Assembly (NCBI GenBank): GCA_022791355.1
Contig: JAAVYX010000089.1
Location: 1-51,316 of the forward strand
Reading direction: 5' to 3'
Length of the DNA: 51,316 nt
Source: Clostridiales bacterium
GTDB taxonomy: Bacteria > Bacillota > Clostridia > Oscillospirales > Acutalibacteraceae
Shown: one piece after another, positions 8,344-17,834 of the stretch
Position numbering within the stretch: position 1 is the first letter of the stretch
How the letters are laid out: each line of letters begins with the position of its first letter
Notes under the pieces: model-generated
The model's input: only the letters and a program-made list of their open reading frames with translations
Told to the model about the DNA's origin: nothing
Database searches by the model: none
Program-made: the position numbers and the translations under genes

Positions 8344-8652
8344 ATGATTGTACCAATAGATAAGCTTGCGTCGATTTCTCCAGTCGAGGCGGCGGACGGC
8401 GCAGGGAAAACCGCGCGGGCGGATAACGCCATAGGATCCTTTGGGTCGATTTTTCAGTCCGCTATCGACAATGTGACGGCCACCAACGCCGAAAAGACCC
8501 AACTGCAATATCAATTGGCCGTGGGGGAGCTGGATAATCCCGCCCTGCTGACCATCGCTTCCACCAAATATCAGATTGCCGTAAATCTTTTGATACAGCT
8601 GCGTAATAAGGCGCTCGAGGCTTATTCGGAGATTACTCGTATCAGTCTCTAA
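8344..8652 (+). CDS. fliE: Flagellar hook-basal body complex protein FliE
   Basis: C-terminal FliE pattern SFGSIFQSAIDNVTATNAEK...LTIASTKYQIAVNLLIQLRNKALEAYSEI. The ATG at 8344 is preceded by AAGGAGGA. The ORF-track start at 8206 gives an implausible extension. Confidence 0.85.
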   Translation: MIVPIDKLASISPVEAADGAGKTARADNAIGSFGSIFQSAIDNVTATNAEKTQLQYQLAVGELDNPALLTIASTKYQIAVNLLIQLRNKALEAYSEITRISL

Positions 8653-8687
8653 TACGCTGAAAACACACAGGACACGGGGGATGGCAG

Positions 8688-10316
8688 TTGGAACAGATCA
8701 CGTCAAAATTAAAGGAATTCTGGGGCAAGGTAAAAAACGCCGTTAAAAAGGTGCCCAAAAAGGTCCTTGTATTGGTTAGCACGCTGGTCGTGCTTGGCGT
8801 TGTGGGCCTCATTATATTTTTCTCGGTCAGGCAGTCGCCCTATTCGGTCCTATTTACCGGACTGAACAGCGACGAGGCCACCGCGATTATGACCTACCTG
8901 GAGGGTCAGGGGGTTACCGATTATCATGTGGAAAACAACGATACGATTTTGGTGCCTACAAATCAGGAGACTGATTTAAAGGCCAAGCTGTTGCTGGAGG
9001 GGTATCCCAAGAGCGGCTTTTCTTATTCTACATATTACGACCATGTGGGCTCTCTCTCGACCGAGTCGGAGCGCAACACGGCCTATCTTTTATCCCTGCA
9101 GGATCGTATGGGAGCGGTTATCCGCTGCTTTGACGGGGTGAAGGACGCGGTAGTCACCGTTACGCCCGGAACGAGCGGCAACTATGTTCTGGACGCTTCC
9201 AATAAAGTGGGGACCTCCGCGGGGGTTTTTGTTACCATGCGCAGCGGGCAGATGCTGACCGACCAGCAGGCCGAAGCCATCCGCACCCTGGTTTCCCATT
9301 CGGTGCAGGAGCTTTCTATCGATTCGGTCTCGATTTCCGACAGCGCGGGCAACCAGTATACGGCGGCGGGCTCCACCGGCCAGATGAACGCGCTGGACGC
9401 TTCCGATTTGAAGCTGCGTCTGGAGGAACAGTATAACAACATTATTCGAACCAGCATCATGCAGGTTCTGTCTTCCATCTACGGCGAGGATAACGTAAAG
9501 GTAGGCGTGGCCTGCAATGTGGATGTAAACAAGACCACCCAGGATAAGACCGACGTTTTCCTCCCGGAGTGGAGCACAAACGGAGAGGGCATCATCGGCT
9601 CCAAGGTTTACGACAACTACGTCGTCCGCAACGGCGACGATACGGTGGGCGGCGTGCCGGGAACCTCCACCAACGCGGATTTTAACTCCTATATGGAAAA
9701 GGCGGACGACGCGGACCTGGACGGCGCGACCTACCGGGAGAGCGGCCAGGTCGACTATGATAATCCCAGAGAGGAAACCCATACCGAACGGGTGGCCGGC
9801 TATCTGTCTGACTGCATGGTGTCGGTAAGCATCAATTCCACCGTTTCGGGAGCCCTCAGCGCCGACGACGTGCAGCGCCTGCGGTCCCATGTGGCCCGGG
9901 CGGCCGGCATCAACGACGAAATGGCCGCAACCAAAATTTCCCTCTACGCCGCTCCCTTTTATAACGGAACGGTTCCGGCCGACACCAATCCGGTCGGCGA
10001 GGCCAACCGGATCAACATGCTGCTGCTTTGCGTTGCGGCGGGCCTTCTCGTCCTGCTGCTTTTGACGCCGCTCTTCATGCTAATCTTCGGCCGCAAAAAA
10101 CGGCGCAAGAGAAAAGAAATCAACATCTACCGGCAGCCCGAGGACGTGGTTTACGCGCCCCAGCCGGAGCAGCCTGTCGGCGCGGACGTGATGAGTCTGC
10201 AAAGCGAAAAGACGATGGAGCTGCGCAAGGATATCCGCAAATTTGCGGATGATAATCCCGAAATTGCCGCGCAGATGCTGCGCAACATGCTGAGAGGAGG
10301 AGAAAAGGATGGCTGA
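8688..10316 (+). CDS. fliF: Flagellar MS-ring protein FliF
   Basis: 542 aa with a TTG start after ACGGGGGA. N-terminal TM segment, a large periplasmic region, a C-terminal TM segment (LLLCVAAGLLVLLLL), and a FliG-binding tail. Stop overlaps the fliG start. Confidence 0.9.
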   Translation: MEQITSKLKEFWGKVKNAVKKVPKKVLVLVSTLVVLGVVGLIIFFSVRQSPYSVLFTGLNSDEATAIMTYLEGQGVTDYHVENNDTILVPTNQETDLKAKLLLEGYPKSGFSYSTYYDHVGSLSTESERNTAYLLSLQDRMGAVIRCFDGVKDAVVTVTPGTSGNYVLDASNKVGTSAGVFVTMRSGQMLTDQQAEAIRTLVSHSVQELSIDSVSISDSAGNQYTAAGSTGQMNALDASDLKLRLEEQYNNIIRTSIMQVLSSIYGEDNVKVGVACNVDVNKTTQDKTDVFLPEWSTNGEGIIGSKVYDNYVVRNGDDTVGGVPGTSTNADFNSYMEKADDADLDGATYRESGQVDYDNPREETHTERVAGYLSDCMVSVSINSTVSGALSADDVQRLRSHVARAAGINDEMAATKISLYAAPFYNGTVPADTNPVGEANRINMLLLCVAAGLLVLLLLTPLFMLIFGRKKRRKRKEINIYRQPEDVVYAPQPEQPVGADVMSLQSEKTMELRKDIRKFADDNPEIAAQMLRNMLRGGEKDG

Positions 10317-11376
10317 GGCTGCAGTGACGGCAAGTGAAGCTAAGCTCGCGGCAGCCGCGCCTGCTACATCTTCTCTGGCTGGTATGTCCAGCGCCCAGCG
10401 CGCAGCCGCCGTCGTTATCGCCCTCGGTTCCGACAAGGCTTCACAGATTTACAAATTCATGGAGCCGGAAGAGGTAGAGCAATTGACCCTTGAGGTCGCG
10501 CGGATGGGCTTTTTGAATTCCGATCAGACTGAGGAAGTGCTCACGGAATATCATAAGATGTGCATGACCAATAAGGCTGTTACGGAAGGCGGCCTGGAGT
10601 ACGCCCGGGTGGTTCTGGAGAAGGCCTATGGGTCGGAGGCGGCCGACGAGATGCTCAGCAAGCTGACCAAGTCGCTGAAAAACCGGGAGTTCTCCTTTAT
10701 GAACAAGGCGGACGACAAATCCCTGTTTTCGGCCCTGCAAAGGGAACGGGCCCAGACCATTGCGCTGGTGCTCTCCTATGTGGACGCCGACAAGGCCGCG
10801 GGCGTGATCGCCCAGCTGGACGAAAAGAAGCAGATACAAGTTGTGGAAGGCATGGCGATGATCGAAAGCGTGTCCCCTGCCACGGTGAAGATTGTGGAAG
10901 CCGAGATGAGCAAAAAGTTCTCGAACATCGTCACCAACAGCAACGTCAAGGTTGGCGGTATCGATTATGTGGCCAGCGTGATGAACAATTTGGACCGGAC
11001 CAGCGAGAAGAATATCTTCGACGGCCTATCCAATTACAATCAGGACCTGGCCGACGAAATCCGCAAGAGGATGTTTGTCTTCGAGGATATCGTCACCATG
11101 GACGACCGGTCGGTACAGCGCTTTGTGCGTGACTGCGATACCAGAGACCTGGTGCTGGCCCTTAAAACCGCCAACGAAGAGGTCGCTAACAAACTCTTCA
11201 GCAACATGTCCAGCCGGACGGCCGAAACCATTAAGGACGATCTGGAAATTACCACCAATGTCCGCATAAAGGATGTGGAAGAGGCCCAGCAGCGTATTGT
11301 GGATGTGATCCGCAGCTTGGAGGAACGCAACGAGATTATTATTATGAAGGCTGGAAAGGACGATATCATTGCCTAA
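10309..11376 (+). CDS. fliG: Flagellar motor switch protein FliG
   Basis: MSSAQRAAAVVIALGSDKASQIYKFMEPEEVEQLTLEVA and a C-terminal torque-helix region. Position is syntenic. Confidence 0.93.
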   Translation: MAEAAVTASEAKLAAAAPATSSLAGMSSAQRAAAVVIALGSDKASQIYKFMEPEEVEQLTLEVARMGFLNSDQTEEVLTEYHKMCMTNKAVTEGGLEYARVVLEKAYGSEAADEMLSKLTKSLKNREFSFMNKADDKSLFSALQRERAQTIALVLSYVDADKAAGVIAQLDEKKQIQVVEGMAMIESVSPATVKIVEAEMSKKFSNIVTNSNVKVGGIDYVASVMNNLDRTSEKNIFDGLSNYNQDLADEIRKRMFVFEDIVTMDDRSVQRFVRDCDTRDLVLALKTANEEVANKLFSNMSSRTAETIKDDLEITTNVRIKDVEEAQQRIVDVIRSLEERNEIIIMKAGKDDIIA

Positions 11377-12187
11377 CATATTCAAATTTTTCTCTTCCTC
11401 TGAAGCGAAAGATTATGTCTTTCAAGAGATGAATGTACCAAAATTTGAAGCGAACGAATCGGAGGCGGCGGAAGAAGAGGAAAACGACGCCGCCTCTGCG
11501 GAGGCCAACAATACACCTACCGCTATAGACTACGCCAATATACAGGCCGACGCCATTATGGCCGACGCCCGCCGGCAGGCGGACGAATTTTTGGAACAGG
11601 CCAGGGAAAGCGCCCAAGCCGAGGCCGAGCGTCTCTATCAGGAGGCCAGGGAATCCGGGTATCAAAAGGGCTATGCCGAGGGCATGGAACAGGCCCGGGA
11701 GGAAGGCGCCTGCAAGCAGGCGGAAGAAGCCGAGCGGCTGGCCGGCGAGGTACAGCGGTTTTTGAGGCAGGCCGGCATGGCGTTGGACCGGCAGTTGGAA
11801 GACAATCTCGATGACCTGCGGGACCTGGCCATTGCCATCGCCGAAAAGGTCATCAGCGTCAGCCTGAAAAGCAGTACCGACGTCATCGGAAGAATGGTAC
11901 AGACGGCGTTGGACAAGCGCAAACATAGGGAATGGGTGTACATTTATATCGCCGAGCGGGACGTCAAGCATATGGAGCAGATTCCCGCTTCCCTGATGTC
12001 GGCTGTGTCCGGCCTGTCCGACCGGGTCCGCATCATTCCCATGGCGGACGATGAATCCGGCGCCTGCGTCATAGAAATGCCGGAGGAAATTATAGACGCC
12101 AGCGTTTCCACCCAGCTTGGGAACATACGCAGCATGTTAACCGACGTCCGGCCGGACGCCGGGGAGAACCTTCAAATCCATTTCTAA
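11369..12187 (+). CDS. fliH: Flagellar assembly protein FliH
   Basis: Glu/Ala-rich coiled-coil (ADAIMADARRQADEFLEQARESAQAEAERLYQEARESGYQKGYAEG) located between fliG and fliI. TTG start at 11369; an alternative ATG lies at 11429. Confidence 0.8.
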   Translation: MPNIFKFFSSSEAKDYVFQEMNVPKFEANESEAAEEEENDAASAEANNTPTAIDYANIQADAIMADARRQADEFLEQARESAQAEAERLYQEARESGYQKGYAEGMEQAREEGACKQAEEAERLAGEVQRFLRQAGMALDRQLEDNLDDLRDLAIAIAEKVISVSLKSSTDVIGRMVQTALDKRKHREWVYIYIAERDVKHMEQIPASLMSAVSGLSDRVRIIPMADDESGACVIEMPEEIIDASVSTQLGNIRSMLTDVRPDAGENLQIHF

Positions 12188-12198
12188 GGAGAAACGGC

Positions 12199-13506
12199 AT
12201 GTCCACATTTCAACAGATGGCGCGTCAGGTATATAACGCCGAGACCTACAGCCTGACCGGTAAAATTGAAAACATCGTTGGAATGTCCATCGAGGCTTCC
12301 GGCGGACGGGCTGCAATCGGCGATATCTGTCGGATTTACAGCAGCGAATCCGGCCGGCAGGTGACCGCTGAGGTGGTTGGGTTTAAAAACGACCATATCC
12401 TGCTTATGCCCTATTCCAACATCAACGGTATTTCAGCCGGCAACTTTGTCCGGAACACAGGAAGCCAGTTAACCCTTCGCGTAGGCGAATATCTGCGCGG
12501 AAGAATCATCAACGCTTTAGGCCAGCCCATCGACGGCCGGGGAGAATTTGAAGAGGGTACGCCCTACCGTGTCGTCGGTTCACATATTAACCCTTTGCAG
12601 CGTCCCCCCATTCGCGAACGGATGGAATTTGGCGTGAAGGCCATAGACGGTCTGCTCACCATAGGGAAGGGACAGCGTATCGGCATTTTCGCAGGTTCCG
12701 GCGTGGGAAAAAGCACCTTGATGGGTATGATCGCCAAAAACGTCAAGGCCGATATCAACGTCATCGCCCTTGTGGGAGAGCGTGGCCGCGAGGTGCTGGA
12801 GTTTGTGCAGAAGGACCTGGGCGAGGAAGGAATGCGCCGTTCGATTTTGGTGGTCGCCACCTCGGACCAGCCCGCCATGCTCCGTATGAAATGTCCCAGC
12901 GTTGCCACGGGTATCGCAGAATATTTTAGAGATCAGGGCTATGACGTACTTCTCATGATGGATTCGTTGACGAGATTTGCAATGGCGCAGCGCGAAATTG
13001 GGCTTGCTATCGGCGAGCCGCCGGTGGCAAGGGGCTATACGCCCTCTATTTATGCCGAGCTGCCCAAGCTGCTGGAGCGCAGCGGAAATTTCGCCAAGGG
13101 CTCCATCACTGGCGTTTATACGGTCCTGGTGGAAGGCGACGATACCAACGAGCCCATTGCGGATACGGTGCGCGGTATTCTGGACGGGCATATTGTGCTT
13201 TCACGGTCTCTGGCCCACGCAAACCATTATCCTGCCATTGACATCGGCGCCAGTATTTCCCGCTTGATGAACGAGATCGTTTCCGACGGGCATCGGGAGC
13301 TCTCCTCCAGAATCCGAGACATTATGAGCGTTTACGAAAAAAATGCCGATTTGGTTTCCATCGGCGCGTATAAAGCGGGGACAAACCGGAAGCTGGATTA
13401 CGCGCTGCAGAAAATTGACGCGATTAACGCTTTTTTGATGCAGGGCGTCAACGAGGCCTTTTCTTATGAAGAGGTCGTGCAAAATATGGGGCAAATTCTG
13501 AAATAA
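12199..13506 (+). CDS. fliI: Flagellum-specific type III export ATPase FliI
   Basis: Walker A GSGVGKST, Walker B VLLMMDS, and an F1-ATPase beta-like core. Confidence 0.95.
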   Translation: MSTFQQMARQVYNAETYSLTGKIENIVGMSIEASGGRAAIGDICRIYSSESGRQVTAEVVGFKNDHILLMPYSNINGISAGNFVRNTGSQLTLRVGEYLRGRIINALGQPIDGRGEFEEGTPYRVVGSHINPLQRPPIRERMEFGVKAIDGLLTIGKGQRIGIFAGSGVGKSTLMGMIAKNVKADINVIALVGERGREVLEFVQKDLGEEGMRRSILVVATSDQPAMLRMKCPSVATGIAEYFRDQGYDVLLMMDSLTRFAMAQREIGLAIGEPPVARGYTPSIYAELPKLLERSGNFAKGSITGVYTVLVEGDDTNEPIADTVRGILDGHIVLSRSLAHANHYPAIDIGASISRLMNEIVSDGHRELSSRIRDIMSVYEKNADLVSIGAYKAGTNRKLDYALQKIDAINAFLMQGVNEAFSYEEVVQNMGQILK

Positions 13507-13530
13507 AGGTTGATAAAGGAAGCTGTTGGA

Positions 13531-13980
13531 ATGAAGAAGTTTTCGTTCTCTTTGGATAAGGTTTTGGACTATAAGCAGCAGCTGCTGGAAGCGGTTCAGG
13601 CCGAGCACGCCGCGGCGTTGAGCGCGGTGCACAGGCAGGAGGAGCGGATAGAAGAGCTGTGGCAAAGCTACCGGGCGTATAACAAGGAGTTTTGCGAAAG
13701 CAAGGAAGCCGGCTTGATGATAACCGAAGCCCTGATGTACGAAGGCGGACTGCGGGCAATGGAACGGCAGATCCAACAGGAAACCCTGCGGCTCGAGGAG
13801 CTGCGCAAGATAGAAGAACAAAAACGCAGCGCCATGATAGAGGCCCGAAAAGAAACCGCCTCTTTAGAAAAGCTGAAGGAAAAGAAGCTGGATATGTATC
13901 AGAAGGCCGTACAGAAAAGCGAGGAGGCCTTTATAGAGGAATTCGTCAGTAACTCCAGAGCCGTCAGCTGTACGGCGTAA
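13531..13980 (+). CDS. fliJ: Flagellar export chaperone / stalk protein FliJ
   Basis: About 149-aa coiled-coil beginning MKKFSFSLDKVLDYKQQLLE, positioned after fliI. Confidence 0.8.
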   Translation: MKKFSFSLDKVLDYKQQLLEAVQAEHAAALSAVHRQEERIEELWQSYRAYNKEFCESKEAGLMITEALMYEGGLRAMERQIQQETLRLEELRKIEEQKRSAMIEARKETASLEKLKEKKLDMYQKAVQKSEEAFIEEFVSNSRAVSCTA

Positions 13981-14036
13981 CAAAGCGTCCATTCCGGCGA
14001 AAGGATACGCGCCGCCGCTTCTTGCGGGATTAGGCT

Positions 14037-14064
14037 CTTGTCAAACTTATGAAAGTTTGACAAG
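14037..14064. promoter_or_regulatory. Perfect 12-bp-arm palindrome in the fliJ-fliK spacer
   Basis: CTTGTCAAACTT-ATGA-AAGTTTGACAAG, flanked by an outer imperfect inverted repeat CGGCGAAAGGATAC / GTATCCTTTGGCCG. Confidence 0.6.
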
Positions 14065-14121
14065 ACGGTATCCTTTGGCCGTTTGGAATATAGAATTTCA
14101 GTGAAAGGAGGTGAAAGTATC

Positions 14122-15297
14122 ATGGAACAGATATACAGCGTTATGCTGGACGTCTTGCAGCGGGCGACCGAGCTTCCCGCTGTGCCAAAGGGTTCGGAAG
14201 AGGGCGGTCAAAACGCCGGCCAATTCAAAGATCTTTTGCAGCATAAACGGGAGGACGCCGTTTCTGCGCAGGACGGTAAGGAAAACGATTCAAGCGCTCC
14301 GTCCAACATTATGGAGGATGGCGCGGAGGAAAACGTTGTCCTCGCGCAGGAGTTGCTGGCCTCTCAGTTTACGCCCGCAGGGTTTATCGGCGTTCTGCCC
14401 AATCAGATAATCGTATCGGAAGAAACCGATATGCCGCCGGCGGCTTTGCAGGAGGCTGCGCCTTTAGAGTCTGTGGTTATGCCCGCGGAGCAGTTTGCGG
14501 CGCAGACCGGCGAGGAGATCCTCCTTCCCGCGCAGGCGGCCGGTCAGACCGAGCAGGCGGATACAACCGTACAATTGGAAACAGCCGAGCCTTCGCAGCT
14601 GCTACAGGAAGCGGTTCCGGCCGGTCAGACCGAGCAGATCGAATCCCCGGTTGTGTCGGAATCGACCGTATCTTCTCGCGTTCCGGAGCAGACACAGGTA
14701 GAGAGTCAGGAGAAGGTTGCGCCTCTTGCGCAGGAAAAGACCGTTTGGGAAGAAGACCCCCGGAAGGAAGAAACCGCTTTGCCTGAACTTGTGGAGGCCC
14801 CCTTGTTCCAAGAGGTCGAGTCGGCGCCGATTAAGGTGGCCGAACCGGAGGCGGCTTACAGTATGCCCGAAACCGGAGACCTGGAGGCGCAGGTAGGCGA
14901 GAAGCTGCTGGACGCGGTGCAGACTGGAGACTCTAAGCTGGAAATTCAGCTGGAGCCCGAAGCGCTGGGTAAGGTGACCGTTGAAATCGCGCGGTTTGAA
15001 ACCGGCGCAGTACAGATTGTGCTCAAGGCCGAAAGCCTTCAAACCCAGAGTCTGCTTGAAAAGCATCTGCCGAGTTTGCAGCTTTTGCTGGCCGATCACG
15101 GACAGAAGTCGGCCCAGGTGGAGATTCAGCATTGGCAGGAAAACCAGCCGGCCGATTCTCATCAGAATCCCTATGAAGGCCAAAACGAAGGCCATAGCCA
15201 GCGGCAGCAGCAGGAGCGCAGACAGCCCGCCAAACAGAACGACAGCTTTTTACACCAGCTGCGGCTGGGCTTGATCCCGCTAGATGAAGTTTGTTAA
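14122..15297 (+). CDS. fliK: Flagellar hook-length control protein FliK
   Basis: Pro/Gln/Glu-rich central ruler region and a C-terminal Flg_hook-type block (LEIQLEPEALGKVTVEIARFETGAVQIVLKAESLQTQSLLEKHLPSLQ). ATG follows AAAGGAGGTGA. Confidence 0.8.
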   Translation: MEQIYSVMLDVLQRATELPAVPKGSEEGGQNAGQFKDLLQHKREDAVSAQDGKENDSSAPSNIMEDGAEENVVLAQELLASQFTPAGFIGVLPNQIIVSEETDMPPAALQEAAPLESVVMPAEQFAAQTGEEILLPAQAAGQTEQADTTVQLETAEPSQLLQEAVPAGQTEQIESPVVSESTVSSRVPEQTQVESQEKVAPLAQEKTVWEEDPRKEETALPELVEAPLFQEVESAPIKVAEPEAAYSMPETGDLEAQVGEKLLDAVQTGDSKLEIQLEPEALGKVTVEIARFETGAVQIVLKAESLQTQSLLEKHLPSLQLLLADHGQKSAQVEIQHWQENQPADSHQNPYEGQNEGHSQRQQQERRQPAKQNDSFLHQLRLGLIPLDEVC

Positions 15298-15314
15298 GGA
15301 AAGGAGAGTTGATT

Positions 15315-15845
15315 ATGAACGATATCAGCACCTATTGGAACCAAGCCGCAAAGGTCGGAGACGCCAAGGCTACGGCCAAGGCTGCGACCGTAAAGAAGGA
15401 CGACGGCATCAGCCTGGACATGACCGACTTTTTGAAGCTGATGATCGCCCAGTTCCAGAACCAGTCCATCGACGACACGGCGGACACCTCGGAGATGCTC
15501 AATCAGATGGTGCAGATGCAGATGGTGCAGGCCCTTGTAAACATGAACGACGCGTCGGTTATGTCTTACGCGGCTTCTCTCGTGGGCAAGGAAGTCACCA
15601 TTGGAACCTACGACGCCGAGGGAAAGCTGAAAGAGATTGTGGGAACGGTAACGGGTACCGGTACCCTCAACGGCGCCCAGGTCGTTTTTGTCAACGATGA
15701 GTATTACACCATGTCTGAGATTTTGGCGGTAGGAAGACTGCCCGAGCCGCCAACGCCCAGCAAGCCTGATACCGACGGAGAGGGAAACGGTGAGGGAGAC
15801 AGCTCTTCCAAGCCGGAACCGCCGAAGGAGGACGTAGAAGAGTAA
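15315..15845 (+). CDS. flgD: Flagellar hook capping/assembly protein FlgD
   Basis: LDMTDFLKLMIAQFQNQSIDDTADTSEMLNQMVQMQMVQAL motif, positioned between fliK and flgE. Confidence 0.88.
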   Translation: MNDISTYWNQAAKVGDAKATAKAATVKKDDGISLDMTDFLKLMIAQFQNQSIDDTADTSEMLNQMVQMQMVQALVNMNDASVMSYAASLVGKEVTIGTYDAEGKLKEIVGTVTGTGTLNGAQVVFVNDEYYTMSEILAVGRLPEPPTPSKPDTDGEGNGEGDSSSKPEPPKEDVEE

Positions 15846-15858
15846 AGGTGATGTAGCC

Positions 15859-16248
15859 ATGATTGAAAGATTATCGGGTCAAATACAATCCCAGAAAATT
15901 TCATCCGCTGTTCCCCGGCCGGCGAAGACGGTGTCTTTCGAGGCGGCCTTGCAGCGGGAAATGCAGCTGGCTCAGGAAGTCCGGCAGCCGGTGCGGGAGG
16001 TGGCCTTTTCCAAGCACGCGATTTCACGGGCCGAGGAGCGCGGCATTGATATTACTGCGGATCTGATTGATCAATTACGTGGCGGCATGATTCGCGCCCA
16101 GGCGAAAGGGGCTACCAACATTCTGGCGATGGATACGGATAAGGCCTTTATCATCAATGTGCCCAGCGCCAAGGTGATTACCGCGATTACCCAAGACGAA
16201 ATGAAGGAAAATATTTTCACAAACATTGACGGCGCCGTATTCCTGTAA
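15859..16248 (+). CDS. Small conserved flagellar operon protein (TIGR02530-like)
   Basis: 129 aa between flgD and flgE. VAFSKHAISRAEERGIDIT...AFIINVPSAKVITAI resembles the Firmicutes flagellar-operon protein family. Recognised by position and pattern only. Confidence 0.55.
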   Translation: MIERLSGQIQSQKISSAVPRPAKTVSFEAALQREMQLAQEVRQPVREVAFSKHAISRAEERGIDITADLIDQLRGGMIRAQAKGATNILAMDTDKAFIINVPSAKVITAITQDEMKENIFTNIDGAVFL

Positions 16249-16344
16249 ATTACAGACGGCAGGACCATTTATGGATGCCATTGCTTTTCGCCCGATTGAC
16301 GAAAAGCAGGCGGCGCCTCCATTGAAAGGAGTCAACAAACAAAT

Positions 16345-17487
16345 ATGACGGGAGCTATGTATGCCGCAATTTCCGGCCTGAAGGGCCACATGAATAAGCT
16401 GAACGTGGTGGGTAACAACATCGCCAACGTTAATACCCAGGGCTACAAGTCGCAGCGGGCGGTGTTCGCCGATTCGCTCTACACCACCGTCACGGCCGGT
16501 TCCAACGGTACGGTTAAAACGGGCGGCCGCAACCCTTCTCAGATGGGTTACGGCGTGCAGATGACCTCCATCGATATCGATATGAGCACCGGCAACTACT
16601 CTCCCACGGGCAGGGCTTTGGACTGTATGATATACGGCCAGGGATTCTTTATGATCGGGGATAAGGATACGGTCAACACCATCGATCCCACCGATCCCCA
16701 GTCCTTAAAGGCTCTCACCCTCAGCCGCGTGGGTAACTTTGAGTTCAAGTCGGACGGTTATCTCTCCAAGGAAAAGGGAGAGGTTCTCTACGGTTTTATG
16801 TGCATCGGCAATGTGGAAGGCGAACCTGTTTTCAGCGATCAGCTGGTTCCCATTCGCTTCCCCAGGCTGAAGACCACCATTCAGAAGGACGCGGATGGTA
16901 ATGACGTAGAGGTCAAGGAGCTGGTTTATCCCACGGTCAAGGCAGGGCAGGCCTTGGCGGACGACGACAGCCTTCCCTTCGCCACCTTTGACGACATCAC
17001 CATCGATCCGTCCACAGGTCGTGTCACCGCCACCTGCGAGGAGACCGAGGAGGTTATCACCATCGGCGTGATCGCCATCGGCAACGTGACCAACCCCAAC
17101 GGTGTCACCCACATGAACGGCCACTACTACAAGGCTGGCGACGGCGCCGGCGACCTCCAGGTTGCCTTGATGGGCGGCGTTGGAAAGGAAATGTACTTCA
17201 GCAACACAAACCCTGTAGCCGGCGATAAGATTACCGATGCGAAGTTTTCCAAGGGAACCGGTACGATCAACGGCAGCTTGCTGCCCGCGGGCGCTACCGC
17301 GCCTCCCGGCATGAACGTTTTTGAGAGCGGATCTTCCCTGCAGACCGGCGGTCTGGAATCCTCCAAAACCGACCTGGCCACCGAAATCTCCGAGATGATC
17401 ACCACCCAGCGCGGATATCAGGCCAACACCCGTATTATCACGGTGACCGATACCATGCTGGAAGAACTGGTCAACATGAAGCGTTAA
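16345..17487 (+). CDS. flgE: Flagellar hook protein FlgE
   Basis: MYAAISGLKGHMNKLNVVGNNIANVNTQGYK at the N-terminus and EISEMITTQRGYQANTRIITVTDTMLEELVNM at the C-terminus. Confidence 0.93.
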   Translation: MTGAMYAAISGLKGHMNKLNVVGNNIANVNTQGYKSQRAVFADSLYTTVTAGSNGTVKTGGRNPSQMGYGVQMTSIDIDMSTGNYSPTGRALDCMIYGQGFFMIGDKDTVNTIDPTDPQSLKALTLSRVGNFEFKSDGYLSKEKGEVLYGFMCIGNVEGEPVFSDQLVPIRFPRLKTTIQKDADGNDVEVKELVYPTVKAGQALADDDSLPFATFDDITIDPSTGRVTATCEETEEVITIGVIAIGNVTNPNGVTHMNGHYYKAGDGAGDLQVALMGGVGKEMYFSNTNPVAGDKITDAKFSKGTGTINGSLLPAGATAPPGMNVFESGSSLQTGGLESSKTDLATEISEMITTQRGYQANTRIITVTDTMLEELVNMKR

Positions 17488-17502
17488 GAAATTCATTTTG
17501 TC

Positions 17503-17538
17503 TTTTACATGGGGGAGCGGGTCCTCCCCCATGTAAAA
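17503..17538 (+). other. Perfect 15-bp stem-loop immediately after flgE
   Basis: TTTTACATGGGGGAG-CGGGTC-CTCCCCCATGTAAAA. There is no downstream U-tract. Confidence 0.8.
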
Positions 17539-17568
17539 ACGCTTGTAACGGTAAAGGAGCGATGTAGA

Positions 17569-17784
17569 ATGATCGTTTTAACAAAAAGAAACGGAGAGAA
17601 ATTTCTGATCAATCATGAGCAAATCGAGTGCATCGAAATGATTCCGGAATCTAAAATTGTTATGATGAATCACGATTTTTACCTTGTTCTCGAAACCGCG
17701 GAGGAAATCGTTGAAAAAATAGCCGACTATAATGCAAAAATTCGGGATATATATCGGGAGATCACGATTACAGACAAACGATGA
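17569..17784 (+). CDS. flbD: Flagellar protein FlbD (SwrD-like)
   Basis: MIVLTKRNGEKFLINHEQIECIEMIPESKIVMMNHDFYLVLETAEEIVEKI. RBS AAAGGAG. Positioned before motA. Confidence 0.85.
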   Translation: MIVLTKRNGEKFLINHEQIECIEMIPESKIVMMNHDFYLVLETAEEIVEKIADYNAKIRDIYREITITDKR

Positions 17785-17834
17785 GACTCCTTTTCAAGGG
17801 ATAGAAATACACAGGGGAAAGAAGAGGACGATCC

